Shown here: positions 13,444 through 33,014 of the stretch, one piece after another
Position numbering within the stretch: position 1 is the stretch's first letter
Layout: each line of letters starts with the position of its first letter
Assembly (NCBI GenBank): GCA_950097015.1
Contig: CATNEN010000038.1
Coordinates: forward strand, 3,844,001 to 3,908,000
Direction: 5' to 3'
From: Macrostomum hystrix
Taxonomy: Eukaryota; Animalia; Platyhelminthes
Length of the DNA: 64,000 nucleotides
Notes under the pieces: generated by a model
Databases searched by the model: none
Told to the model about the DNA's origin: nothing
What the model saw: only the letters and a program-made list of their open reading frames with translations
Made by a program: the position numbers and the translations under genes

Positions 13444-14310
13444 ATGGAGCTGGCCAAGCACCCGGGTTTCATCATTGTCAAGGCCATTGCTCCTGGCCTA
13501 TCTAGCCGAGATCGTGTCATTGACAATCGGCATCATAGTAAGGCCACTGGCAATGAGGTCTGCATTGACCTGGGTGGCGACGGGTGAGTTTTAAGGAGAT
13601 TTAAGGAGTTAATTAAAATTCAAACTTTTTTAGTTTTAATTAACTATGATAATTTATTAGACATTAGACGCTTGCAGCATTTGCGCAAGCAGATCACGCG
13701 GCCTCAAATTTACCCAACCGGTCCAGGCCCTGCTTTGGTTACGCTTTGATTCGCAAGTCCGGTAGCCAGGACCAGAAGTTCCTCATTCGACTGAACGAAG
13801 AAGATCTTAGCGGCCCGTGGCTGCCCAGCGAGAGCTACTTTAAAGTAAGCTCTGTTGATTCGCGTCCTTGCCTTTCACTCCCATTTTTCATAGAACCTTC
13901 ACTCGCCTGAACCTTCACTCGCCTGAACCTTCACTCCCTGAACCTTCACTCGCCTGAACCTTCACTCGCCTGAACCTTCACTCCCCTGAACCTTCACTCC
14001 CCTGAACCTTCACTCGCCTGAACCTTCACTCGCCTGAACCTTCACTCGCCTGAACCTTCACTCGCCTGAACCTTCACTCCCCTGAACCTTCACTCGCCTG
14101 AACCTTCACTCCCTAAAGCTTCGCTCGCCTGATTTTTCACTCGCCTGAACTTTCACTCGCCTGAACTTTCACTCGCCTGAACTTTCACTCGCCTGAACTT
14201 TCACTCCCCTGAACTTTTAAGTATTTAACGAAGTGTCTTACACCGTTAAACATGATTTTTTGCAGCTAAAAAAGGACTATGTGCAGCTTTATCTGAAGAA
14301 AAAGGATTGA
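13444..14310 (+). CDS. Small spliced gene (13444-13583, 13727-13844, 14266-14310; ~100 aa), possibly CS/p23(HSP20-like) fold
   Basis: GT-AG exons join in frame (303 nt) to give MELAKHPGFIIVKAIAPG...FLIRLNEEDLSGPWLPSESYFKLKKDYVQLYLKKKD*. The C-terminus resembles the last strands of CS domains. Not in the ORF track, and the 5' end is uncertain. Confidence 0.5.
13893..14215. repeat. 16-bp intronic minisatellite (gaaccttcactcgcct)n
   Basis: About 20 tandem units. Confidence 0.92.
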
Positions 14311-14369
14311 AGAAGATAAAGCATTTAGCGCATCGTTAAAATAGACAAGTGAAATGCGACTAATTAACT

Positions 14370-14505
14370 GTTTATTTTGGCATCAAATGACCCCCAGAAT
14401 CTTGGAAAATAGTTTAATTGTTTGTTTTGGCATTAAATGACCCCCAGAATCTTGGAAAATAATTTAATTGTTTGTTTTGGCATCAAATAACCCCCAGAAT
14501 CTTGA
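14370..14505. repeat. ~51-bp triplication (ttttggcatcaaatgacccccagaatcttgg...)
   Basis: Three visible copies. Confidence 0.8.
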
Positions 14506-14974
14506 CAAAAAAGTCATGCTTATTTATTACAATTGAATTGTAAAAGTTTGTATTACATCAACGTTTTAAACTTTTCGCATCTTAAAATGAGTCTACTTAT
14601 CAGTAGTACTTTTTAATGCAATGCTTTTTCCAATAGTACACATATACCTTCTTACTCGAACATTATAGTTGACTTAGTGTTACATTTTTTCGTTTTGTAT
14701 CACAAGGCTTTTAAGTCCCGCAATTAACAGTAGAAAGACGACACTATTTTTCTCCCTGAGGAAAGATCACGGGGGTATTTCACTGCATACTTAGCGATAG
14801 ATCCTAAAACGAATGACCGAGTGCTTCATCGGTAAGAGCGGAAAAGTTTAGCCCGCATTCAGAATTTTCATGGCAGTTGGTTCAATATTTTGAACAGTCC
14901 CCCATTGTACTGTTAATTATTTGAGTTGCTACATCTACGAGCTATTGTCAATCAGAATAACTCTGCAATTTCAG

Positions 14975-22218
<7,244 letters not shown>

Positions 22219-22307
22219 ACTGAGCTGACTTCTGCTGAAAACTGAACTTGCCTTTTATCTTTTTCAACTTTTCTTCCCTGATTTTCCAGTTGTCAAGGGC
22301 CTGTCCG

Positions 22308-22808
22308 AGAATGGGGTAGGAGCCCGCCGAATATTCAGGGGGAGGATGGGGTAGGAGCCCGCCGAATATTCAGGGGTAGGATGGGGTAGGAGCCCGCCGA
22401 ATATTCAGGGGGAGGATGGGGTAGGAGCCCGCCGAATCTTCAGGGGGAGGATGGGTAGGAGCCCGCTGAATCTTCAGGGGGAGGATGGGGTAGGAGCCCG
22501 CCGAATCTTCAGGGGGAGGATGGGGTAGGAGCCCGCCGAATCTTCAGGGGGAGGATGGGGTAGGAGCCCGCCGAATCTTCTGAGACAGAACGGGGTAGGA
22601 GCCCGCTGAAGCTTCAGGGGAGAGCATGGGGTATGGAGTCTGCTGAAGCTTCAGGGGGAGAGCATGGGGTATGGAGCCCGCTGAAGCTTCAGGGGAGAGC
22701 ATGGGGTATAGAGCCTGCTTAAGCTTCAGGGGGAGAGAATGGGGTAGGAGCCCGCTGAAGCTTCAGGGGAGAGAATGGGATAGGAGCCTGTTGAACTTCA
22801 GGGGAGAG
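22308..22808. repeat. 35-bp G-rich tandem repeat in the inferred PHTF 3' UTR
   Basis: About 14 units of ggggtaggagcccgccgaat(a/c)ttcagggggaggat between the stop (22218) and AATAAA (~22895). Confidence 0.9.
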
Positions 22809-23793
22809 AGAGTGAGGCAGCATTGAAGTTGCATTGTGAATGTGATATTTTTACTTATTATTTATTTTTACATTTTTTGTAAATGCTACAAAAAAATAAA
22901 ACTGTGAGATCAGACTTGCCTGTTGTCACTGATCTGAACTGACAGATGATTTTAATTTCGATTTAATTGTCTGCACTGCCTTGTCCAGCAGGATTTACTT
23001 TCAATTTGTATCTATTTTACATACTCAGCTAGTTTTCAGTTTTGTAGGGCGTGGCTCTTGTGCGTCAGTTGGTGACCCCATCGAGAACCCCTTTCTGCCG
23101 ATTCCGCTAAACCCTGAGCACACAAACAGAAGTGTGTACATCAGCGCGGACTATCTCATCTTCAGGTAGTGTGCACTGTGCCTTGGGGTTGGCCCTTGTT
23201 GGTCAGCATTGCACAATAAGCCCGCAAGCCTTCTCTTCGCGGTTGCGCCCAAAATCAAAGTGGCATCTTCATGAATTCGAGCTCGGACACCATTGTGCCA
23301 TAGTTGGACTTTTCCCCGCTCTGCCACTTACTCATTGTCTTCATTTTCTCTTATCTTAGCAGTTGGAAAAGGGTCCCCTCTGGCGAAGCACGCTGATTGG
23401 TCTGCGAGGGAGGTGGGGTGGGGGTAGGGGTAGCGGTGGTGAGGGGTATGACGTGGTTTAGTATGAGGTAAATATTTAATTCGGATATAGATTTATTTTA
23501 GAGCAATTGAATGGCGATCCTCGGTAGCTTGCGGCCTTGTGGCCTGTCAAGAAAGACATTGTGGCATTTGAACTTTCAGCTGCGCAGGCCGTGAACGAGT
23601 GCCCGCTGGCACAATCGAGACTGATTTCGAACATTTGGGACGCAAAGCACTAACTCAGCTGGGCCGGCGTCTTATCTAGGCGCTTATCTCTTTTACTCAA
23701 CCGTTCGTCCTATAAGGCTGGACAGTTGTTTGCCTAAGTCGGAGGCAGAGAGAGAGATTTTATAACTTCAGAACACAAACTTGTACAGACGCG

Positions 23794-26304
23794 ATGTCTG
23801 ACGGAAGCGGAGTGTCTACGGGTGTCAGCGGTGGCATGTTCAGTACAGAAGCCTCCTTGACTGTTGGCGTCGGTGTTGGCGACGTCGCGACAAAATTGGA
23901 AGTCAAAGCTAAAAGTTTTCAGGGAAACAAAGGGAATCAGGAGCCTGAAGCATCTGAAGCATCGACTGAAAAGAGCTCGGAGAAGCCTGAAGCATCGACT
24001 GAAAAGAGCTCGGAGAAGCCTGAAGCATCGACTGATAAGAGCTCGGAGAAGCCTGAAGCATCGAAAGAAGAGAGCTCGGAGAAGCCTGAAGCATCGACTG
24101 ATAAGAGCTCGGAGAAGCCTGAAGCATCGGCTGAAGAAAGCTCGGAGAAACCTGAAGCATCGAATGAAGAGAGCTCCGAGAAGCCTGAAGCATCGACTGA
24201 TAAGAGCTCTGAGAAGCCTGAAGCATCGACTGATAAGAGCTCTGAGAAGCCTGAAGCATCGACTGATAAGAGCTCGGAGAAGCCTGAAGCATCGACTGAT
24301 AAGAGCTCTGAGAAGCCTGAAGCATCGACTGATAAGAGCTCGGAGAAGCCTGAAGCATCGACTGATAAGAGCTCCGAGAAGCCTGAAGCATCGAATGATA
24401 AGAGCTCCGAGAAGCCTGAAGCATCGAATGATAAGAGCTCAACAAACGCCGCTGGACATGACGAAGCTCTCGACAGCAGTCGCGGCTTTCGCATCTTCGG
24501 CGTCGAATTCGCTCCGTTGAACACCCCGATGCGACGCCGGCTGCAGACGCTGGCCGTCCTGCAGTGGCTGCTGTCCATCACTATCTTGCCCATTGTGTGT
24601 GTCCTGTTCATCCTGCTGACCCTGTTCACTCCTCTGGCGCCGTTCTCGTTAGCCTACATCGGCTGGATTCTCGTCTTCGATCGGAACACGTCGCAGCGCG
24701 GCGGTCGCCGCTCGGACTGGGTTCGGCGCTGGTCCCTGTGGCGCCACTATCGCGACTATTTCCCCATCCGGTTGGTGAAGTCGGCGGATCTGGACCCGGC
24801 GCAAAACTACCTTATCGGTTATCATCCGCACGGCATCATCAGCTGCGGCGCATTCTGCAACTTTGGCACCGAGGCTACCGGCTTTAGCGCCAAATTTCCC
24901 GGCATCAAGCCTTACTTGCTCACCCTGCGACTCAACTTCTTCTGGCCACTTCTGCGCGGCTACTTCATGTCCGCCGGCCTCTGTGATGTCAGCCGGAGCA
25001 GCTTGAAGTGGATTCTGGGCCGCGAGGGCGGCGGCAACGCTGCCATCATTGTGGTCGGCGGAGCGCAGGAGGCTCTGGACGCTAGGTGAGTTTTATCGAT
25101 CTGGAATCTGGTTGCTAGGATACCAGGTAAATCTCTAAGGATCTGGTTGCTAGGATGCGAGGTAAATCTCTAAGGATCTGGTTGCTAGGATGCGAGGTGA
25201 ATCTCTAAGGATCTGGTTGCTAGGATGCGAGGTGAATCTCTAAGGATCTGGATGCTAGGATGCCAGGTGAATCTGTAAGGATCTGGTTGCTAGGATGCGA
25301 GGTGAATCTCTAAGGATCTGGTTGCTAGGATGCCAAGTGAATTTATCTAAGGATTAGGTTGCTAGAGTACCAGGTGAATCTGAAAATATTTGGTTGCTAG
25401 GGTTCAAGATGAAACTGAAATGATTTGGTTGCTAGGGTACCAGGTAAATCTATAAGGATTCGGTTGCTAGGATACCAGGTGAATCTCTAAGGATTCGGTT
25501 GCTAGGATACCCAGGTGAAACTATAGAATCTCGTTGCTTGTGGAACGGGCGGTTCTTGTTGCTGCAGCCGGGAAAAAATGCCACCTGTTTTCCACCCAGA
25601 CCCGGCAACTACAAGCTAACCCTGCTGCGGCGCAAAGGCTTCGCCCGCATGGCCCTGCAGACCGGGGCCCATCTAGTGCCCTGCTTCAGCTTCGGCGAGA
25701 ACGACTTGTTCAGGCAGGCCGCCAACCCGCCCGGCTCTCGCGTGCGCGCCTTCCAGCAGCTGTTCAAGGTGCCTTCACCTACGAACCGATTCATCCAGCA
25801 ATTCTCACCCCTTTATACAGCAATTCTCACCCCTTCATCCAGTAGTTCTCACCCCTTCATCCAGCAATTCTCACCCCTTCATCCAGCAATTCTCACCCTT
25901 TCATCCAGCAATTCTCACCCTTTCATCCAGCAATTCTCACCCTTTCATCCAGCAATTCTCACCCTTTCATCCAGCAATTCTCACCCTTTCATCCAGCAAT
26001 TCTCACCTTGGTTTTCCCTCCGCCTCACGTGCCGATCCGTTCGCAATTCCAGGGCGCCATGGGCTTGTCCCCGCCGATATTCTACGGCCGCGGCGTCTTC
26101 AACTACACATTCGGCTTGCTGCCGTTCCGGCACTCGGTCACCACGGTGGTCGGCGCTCCGATTCCGGTGGAGAAGTGCGCAGAGCCCACCCAGGAGCAGG
26201 TGGAGCAGCTGCACCTGCAGTACATGGACCGCCTGGCCGAGCTATTCGATGAGCACAAGGGTGAGCACGGCGTGCCGCAGGAGGTTCGCCTCGAGTTCGT
26301 GTAA
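23794..26304 (+). CDS. DGAT2/MOGAT family acyltransferase (exons 23794-25085, 25600-25768, 26053-26304; 570 aa)
   Basis: Family motifs RRLQTLAV, YFPIRL, YHPHG, GGAQEAL, RKGFARMAL, LVPCFSFGENDL, GRG...GLLPFR and TVVGAPI. In-frame splicing gives 1713 nt. DGAT2 versus MOGAT cannot be decided by eye. Confidence 0.92.
23941..24440 (+). repeat. 33-bp coding minisatellite (EKPEASTDKSS)x~15 in the first DGAT2/MOGAT exon
   Basis: In-frame tandem units between the ATG and the conserved domain. Confidence 0.9.
25100..25520. repeat. ~35-bp intronic repeat (ggatctggttgctaggatgcgaggtgaatctctaa)
   Basis: About 12 units in DGAT2/MOGAT intron 1. Confidence 0.9.
25788..26008. repeat. 22-bp intronic repeat (ttcatccagcaattctcaccc[c/t])
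   Basis: About 10 units in DGAT2/MOGAT intron 2. Confidence 0.9.
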
Positions 26305-26714
26305 CGGCGGACTTGTTTAACATGCTGTGTTTTTCCGTAGTTAGTAGCTCTACATTAATCAGTGTCTTAAGCCACTCTTAGTTTTTCTAGCTACTCATAG
26401 TTTTTATCCAGTGCTCAGTGCATAAAAGGTTTACTATTTTTTTACTCGAACGAGACTTCTTAGAAATTGGAATTTTTAAGCACTATTGAAATTCGACTAC
26501 TGAAAGTTTTTGTATTTTAGTTTGTTGCTTATGGTTTATATTTGTTTTACCTCTTAATTATTTAGAGGTTTTAGTATTTTAATAAAATAAACAGCCATTA
26601 TTTACTATTTTTTGTGGCTGCTTTGCATGCCTAAACTAGCGAAGGCAAAATATGTGGTTCGCCGAAAGCCTTCTGTGTCTTCCTGACTCAGCTTCTGCGC
26701 ACCCATCCCGATCG

Positions 26715-27060
26715 CACTTAACACCCACCCCACTCCCTTTAGCACCCAAACCACTCCCCTTAGCACCCAACCCACTCCCTTTAGCACCCACCCACTCCCC
26801 TTAGCACCCAACCCACTCCCCTTAGCACCCACCCACTCCCTTTAGCACCCACCCACTCCCTTTAGCACCCACCCACTCCCCTTAGCACCCACCCACTCCC
26901 TTTAGCACCCACCCACTCCTTTTAGCACCCACCCCACTCCCTTTAGCACCCAACCCACTCCCTTTAGCACCCACCCCACTCCCTTTAGCACGCACCCTAC
27001 TCTGCCCTAGCATCCAACCCACTTCCCTTTGCACTCAACACACTTCCCTTAGCTCCCACC
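26715..27060. repeat. ~20-bp C-rich repeat (cccactccctttagcaccca)
   Basis: Tandem units downstream of the DGAT2/MOGAT poly(A) signal. Confidence 0.88.
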
Positions 27061-27781
27061 TAACCCTACACATGCGGATCAGACACCAAATTGATAAGTC
27101 GATTTAGGCTATAATTAATTGAAAAGGCTGCGATCAATAATATCTCGCCAAACCTTTAGAAAGAAAAGAGTGCAATTTAACCGAAAATGTTTTATTTAGT
27201 TTTTTTACTTAGTGCAACCGCTGTTAAGCATTTTATGAGGCCGTAGAAAGCTGCAAAGCGCAAAAGAAGGCAAATCAAGTGTTTAAAAAATTTGCTTTTT
27301 AGTAGCAAAAGTTAAACCCTGCTACCGCTAGTAGCTGAACAGTTGAAGGGCTTGTGTCAAGGTTTTGATTTGCTTAGCTTTACTTATTCTAAAAAAGCAG
27401 CAAGCAGGTAGGATGATGATGTTTTATAGCCCACTGGCCAGCCATTGTTGTTCATTTTCTGGCACTTTGTTTATTGGAATTAAAAACGAATAGATGCAAC
27501 TTAATCATAGAAAACTGCGCTAATTAACAATTGCAATGCGAAAATGGGGACTTTGAAAAGTACTTTTGGGATTTCTATAGATTGTGCCAGTAGTTAAAGG
27601 CAAAAAAGTGAAATTAACTATTTAAAAAAGCTTAACGCATAGATAACATGTAGGAAGCAGGTATTTATTTAGGGCTGGCAATGTTTACGGATCAATTCAT
27701 TACTCGAGTAGAAGCTGCACTACTGTACTCACATGAAACAAACAAATATTGATTGAGCAAGCTCAAACTTAGTAGGCTTGT

Positions 27782-27910
27782 GTACACCGTACAATAAACT
27801 AGTACTAGTACACCGTACAATAAACTAGTACTAGTACACCGTACAATAAACTAGTACTAGTACACCGTACAATAAACTAGTACTAGTACACCGTACAATA
27901 AACTAGTACA
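27782..27910. repeat. 26-bp repeat (gtacaccgtacaataaactagtacta) x5
   Basis: Near-perfect tandem copies. Confidence 0.92.
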
Positions 27911-28887
27911 GTATCCAGTTAAACTAAGCAGACTTTGATTTTAAAGCAATTTTCTTGCTAAGTCGTTTGATCTTCTCTGAAAAATGTGGAGTAGCTTATC
28001 TGTTTAATGAGGGAGGGAGGTGGTGAACTAGCAGTTAAGAGACGTCGGGAGTTCGAATCTAAACCCAATGAAAACTATTATGGCGGGCCCAGTCCATGGA
28101 CTGAACGCAGTTTTTTGCAGTGTTGGCTGTACACCAGGTCGAGTTGGTTATTGGGCTAAATCTAATAAATTAATTTTTTCGATACGCATCTACCAAACAC
28201 TCACAATATTTGACCAGCAAAAAATTTGAGAATCAACTCAAAAAAAGCTGAAGATGTTCAAATTGAGAAGCTGAGAGTTGCTTGAGTACAAAAGAGAAAT
28301 GGCAGCAAAAAAGCAATTCCTATGAGGCCGGGCAGCAAAAAGCCTAAACAAAAACAGTAAATAGAGTGGCAGGTAGACAGTTTGTGACAGCGCGCTAAGC
28401 TGCTAACTGTATGACACAATAGTAACAACAGGTTGTAACATACGCAGTAGCTATAGTAGCTAATATAGTAGCTGATAGATATCTGACCGACCGAGTAGCG
28501 AAACAGAAATCAAATACAACTGGCTGGTACATACAGTTCTTATCACATTATAGATTGAATTTCTGGCTTTTTTGAATCACAATTATAATTGGGTTATCTC
28601 TAAAATATGCATCTAAATATGTGACCGCACACTTTGAGACGCGATTGCTGTGAAAACAAAGCAACTGTATCCGGTTAAGTACAGTTTTACTGCAATCCTG
28701 TTCAATGACCTGCTTTAAATAATGTGGAACCAACACTTTATGTGAAACACTACTTTAGGAAATACATACGAGTTTCAGAAACAAAAAAGAAAAGCAAAAC
28801 CAAACACAACTAAGAGTCTTAAACGCGTGAATAAACTTTACTTGATGTCTGTGTACAGTGGTTAGGGTAAAGGCTGGCCGGAGTCTT

Positions 28888-29108
28888 TACATGGGGTGGG
28901 TGGAGGCTGGCTGGAGTGTGTACATTGGGGTGGGTGGAGGCTGGCTGGAGTGTGTACATTGGGGTGGGTGGAGGCTGGCTGGAGTGTGTACATTGGGGTG
29001 GGTGGAGGCTGGCTGGAGTGTGTACATTGGGGTGGGTGGAGATTGGCTGGAGTGTGTACATTGGGGTGGGTGGAGATTGGCTGGAGTGTGTACATTGAGG
29101 TGGGTGGA
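28888..29108. repeat. 34-bp G-rich repeat (acattggggtgggtggaggctggctggagtgtgt) x~6
   Basis: Tandem copies downstream of the SPTLC2 stop. Confidence 0.9.
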
Positions 29109-29456
29109 AAAAATATTGTTTATCCATCGCGTTTTTATGAAGAACTTTTCAAGCAAGACGGCCGAGTGAAACAAAACATTTGAACTGCACAAAATCTTTC
29201 AAAGTACAAAAATTGCTAGCCAAAGCACAAAAACAAGTGTCAAGAAAAAAACAAGTTAAACTAGAACTTTAAAGACAAAAAATACCCACCAATTTTCAAA
29301 ACTCTTCCGTGTCTATTTATTAGTTTAACCACTCGAAGATAAAAACTTATCTTTATCCGATATGTTTCGAAAAATCTAGAAGCCTATTATTCATATATTT
29401 GTGCGAAGAGTTAAGTCCAGTGTCCCATTGGTACGCGTGGGAGAATCTCCGAGACC

Positions 29457-32400
29457 TCAGGAGGCGGCAGCAACAGCAGCCGACAATTCCTTCAGCTCAT
29501 TGAAGTTGCCGACATCGCCCCGACAACCCACGCCGGCAGAGCCGTTGGCAGGTGGCACCTTCTCAGAGTCGCAATCAGCCAGCTGCTTCTCGGCCCACTC
29601 CCTGGTGATGGCTTTAGTCCAGGCTGGGGGCGGGCGCCGGCTGTACTTCATCAGCAGCAGGTTGGTCACTTCGTCGATAATCTGGACGCTGCGATCGATA
29701 ATGTCCAGGCTGTGAGCGGCGGACAGGCAGAACCTGGCCCGAGACTCAATGATGGGAGTAGCCGGGTAGCCCACAACCACTGTGCCTAGGCCGCGCTTTA
29801 GCGTCTGGCGACCGAATGCGGCGATCTTACCGGGCATGAAGATCATCACAGGCACTACCGGGCTGGCCCTGGGTGGCGGCAAAATTTAGGCATGACATTA
29901 TTTGTATTTCTACTGATAGTAGTTTAAAACGCAAAGGGGCACGATATTATTTCTGACATTCAAAATCTGCTTTTTTAAAGCCGAAACTTCTGTAAATAAT
30001 TGGACATAATACTCGTAACACATTAGGGCCGGAGGTCTGAACTAACTCACCATTTGAGTCTGCATGAAAATAAAATTATCTCAAGAGGGTCGCCAGTGCA
30101 GGCTGGCTCACCTGTGCCCATAGACAATGACACCCAGCCTGTGCAGGCTAGCTCACCTGTGCCCATAGACAATGACACCCAGCCTGTGCAGGCTAGCTCA
30201 CCTGTGCCCATAGACAATGACACCCAGCCTGTGCAGGCTAGCTCACCTGTGCCCATAGACAATGACACCCAGCCTGTGCAGGCTAGCTCACCTGTGCCCA
30301 TAGAAAATGACACCCAGCCTGTGCAGGCTAGCTCACCTGTGCCCATAGACAATGACACCCAGCCTGTGCAGGCTAGCTCACCTGTGCCCATAGACAATGA
30401 CACCCAGCCTGTGCAGGCAGGCTCTAAAGTACTGCGTATTAACAGCCAGCTGTTTGAGCCTCCTGGCTCCTTCGCCGGCAGGCCCGGCCCGTCCCATCAA
30501 CACCTTGAAGGCGGTGAGGACCTGGGCGGCTACAGGTGCTGGCATTGTGGCCCCATACAGGCTGCTGTGACTCCGCTGACGCAGCAGCTGGATTAGGGCC
30601 TTGCTGCCGGCGATGTAGCCGCCAGCGCCGCCGAAGCTCTTAGTGAAGGTGCCCATGAGGATGTCGATGTCCCTGGGATTGCAGCCGTAGTAATCGACAA
30701 CTCCGCGACCTCGCTTGCCCATAGCGCCAATGGAGTGAGCCTCATCCAGGTACAGGTAGGCTTTGTACTTCTTCTTCAGGGCAATAAGCTCAGGTAGGCG
30801 TATAACACTGCCCTCCATGCTGTAGACACCTTCCACCTGCGGAGTTTGGGGTGCCAAATGGAGAGTTGCAGGGTGCAGGAAACGTAGGCCTCCAAACAGA
30901 AGAAGACAGGAAACTGGGAAACATGATTAAGAGTAAAAAACTTCCTTGAATTGAGCGGTCGCCAAGTGTTTTTGGAAATTATTACTAATAAGTTATTCTA
31001 AACAAGCTCACCACAATGAGAATCTTGCGAAATGGCCGCCTAGTTCGGTCCTGGCCATAGACGATGGCCTCCCGTAGTTTAGCTTCCAAATCGGCCGGAT
31101 CATTGTGCTTGAAGACTTTGATCTTGGCGCCGGTTAGCCGAGCCCCAAGCACCAAGGAGCTGTGGTTGAGCTCATCCGAGAGCACGCAGCAGCCTTTGCC
31201 AATCAGGGCCGGCATATTCAACGAGTTGGTGGCAAAGCCCATTGGAAAGGCGATGGCGTCTTCGGCTCCGACGAATTCAGCCACGGTGGCTTCCAGCTCG
31301 GTGTGCAGATCGATGTTGCCGGCCTCGCCACGGGGACTGCAGACGCCGCAGCCGAATCGCTCGGTGGCGTCGGCGGCGGCGTCGGCGCAGGGACCAGCGG
31401 CCTCGGCGAAGCCCAGATAATTGTAGCTGCCGAAGTTAATAGCCCGCGTGCTGGTGCCCGGATATTCGAAGCTCCAGCCGTGATCCGGGCTCTTCCGGTC
31501 GATGATTTCGAACTCGGCGCCAGGGCAGGTGCGAATCGGCCGGTTCCAGCAGTCGCGAATGCGTCGGTACAGGTTGCGGGTGTAGAAAGACTCGAAGTTC
31601 TGGTACAACGGCACGAAACTCTGCGAAGCCATTTAGAAGAGAAAATAAAAGAATTTTAAGAGGCCAGTAACTTTAATGAGAACCAGTGTTACGACTATTT
31701 ATAAAAGTAAAAGTACCATAAAAGTAACGACTATTTAGTAACGAAAAAACACAACTGAGGTTAATTTAAATCGTTACTTTCAGTTTTTCAACATTTTTCT
31801 ATATAAAATATGCAATATTTATACGTTAACGTGTTTTAAACACGTGTAGCTTTGTTTATCAATCATTACTCATATTATATGGTGTAATTTCCAACATCCA
31901 CTTTTTTCGACTCAGTATCACTCAGTATCATGGACAACTCATTATCACTCTTGCCCATTTTGCGCTTGAGTTTAGTAGCCATGAGATCACATGAAGATTG
32001 TAGATTAGATTGATAATATAGATGATTAATGATAATATAACATTGCCTACAAAGTAAAGAAACAGACTATACTTAGTATTCGTATTGACCAAGAAATATT
32101 TCGCAAATTTGCAGCTTGTAAAAAAAGACAAAAAACGTCAAATCAAAAGATACTGTCGCCAATTATTTAAAATTGACTATATTTTGATGGAAACTGGTAA
32201 CAAAAAATAGTCTGGTAACGGCAAACGCGCCCAACACTGATGAGAACCATTTTTTTATATGCATTACATAATCTACCAGGAGCTTTCATTTTAATGGTTA
32301 GAGCTTCGGGCATCCGAAAGAGAGGTCCCAGATTCGAATCTTAACACAAGACAAATTATTTGTGTCCCTTAGCAAGATATTTCCACTCTCCGTTGCTTTC

Positions 32401-33014
32401 AGTTCAAACAGCTGTAGATTCCAAAAGAAAACTGTCTTTAAACACTTCTAAATCGCAAAATACTTAACTCTATATAATCTCACCAAAGTAGAAAACGGAC
32501 AAACGTCAGTGAAACCTAATTTAGCTCTCTAACACAATGCTGTTGTAATCTCGATAATACTTAAAAGGCTAACCTTATCAGGTTGTTAAATACAAAAACA
32601 CAAAAAGTCACCTGACACCTGTCTCCCAAATAGATACAGTGGCTTACGCTTTACTATAAGCGATTTTCTTATCTATCCATTACCATGGTTACCAAAAATG
32701 ACTCACAACTTACTGACAAGACACACAAATAACTCAATGCAAAGTAAAAAAACTGCACAAAAACAAGCACCATGCTACTTTCAAATCAGTTTAGCAAGGC
32801 TTTAATTAAGAATGCGGACATAGGCCAGTCACAAAATAGATAGCACTCTCACCTTAGTCCGAGCTGGCTCAGTGGCAATGAGGTTCTTCTCAAAACCATG
32901 TTTTCTAAGAAAGTCGCGCAGATGACCTATGAGAGCCAGCATGACATAGCCAATGTAGGTGATAATGGCCACTGCATAGGGTGTTGGCTCAAACTGTTCC
33001 TCATGCTCAATCAT
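29457..33014 (-). CDS. SPTLC2: Serine palmitoyltransferase LCB2 subunit (exons 33014-32853, 31620-31012, 30836-30382, 29868-29457; 545 aa)
   Basis: Motifs [50 protein letters not shown], the PLP-lysine motif GTFTKSFG and [11 protein letters not shown]. Splicing is in frame (1638 nt). Confidence 0.93.
30096..30420 (-). repeat. 45-bp tandem repeat of the SPTLC2 exon-3 end plus 5' splice site (x7)
   Basis: Each unit on the minus strand reads ...GGTGTCATTGTCTATGGGCACAG|GTGAGCTAG. Confidence 0.93.
31684..32239. mobile_element. Non-autonomous hAT element in SPTLC2 intron
   Basis: Ends cagtgtt...aacactg with a perfect 8-bp TSD atgagaac (31676-31683, 32240-32247). Subterminal gtaacg/cgttac motifs are present. 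Confidence 0.8.
32290..32420 (+). mobile_element. Degenerate tRNA/CORE-like SINE remnant
   Basis: tggttagagc (A-box-like), gattcgaatc (B-box-like), gtgtcccttagcaaga and cagctgta. Confidence 0.5.
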
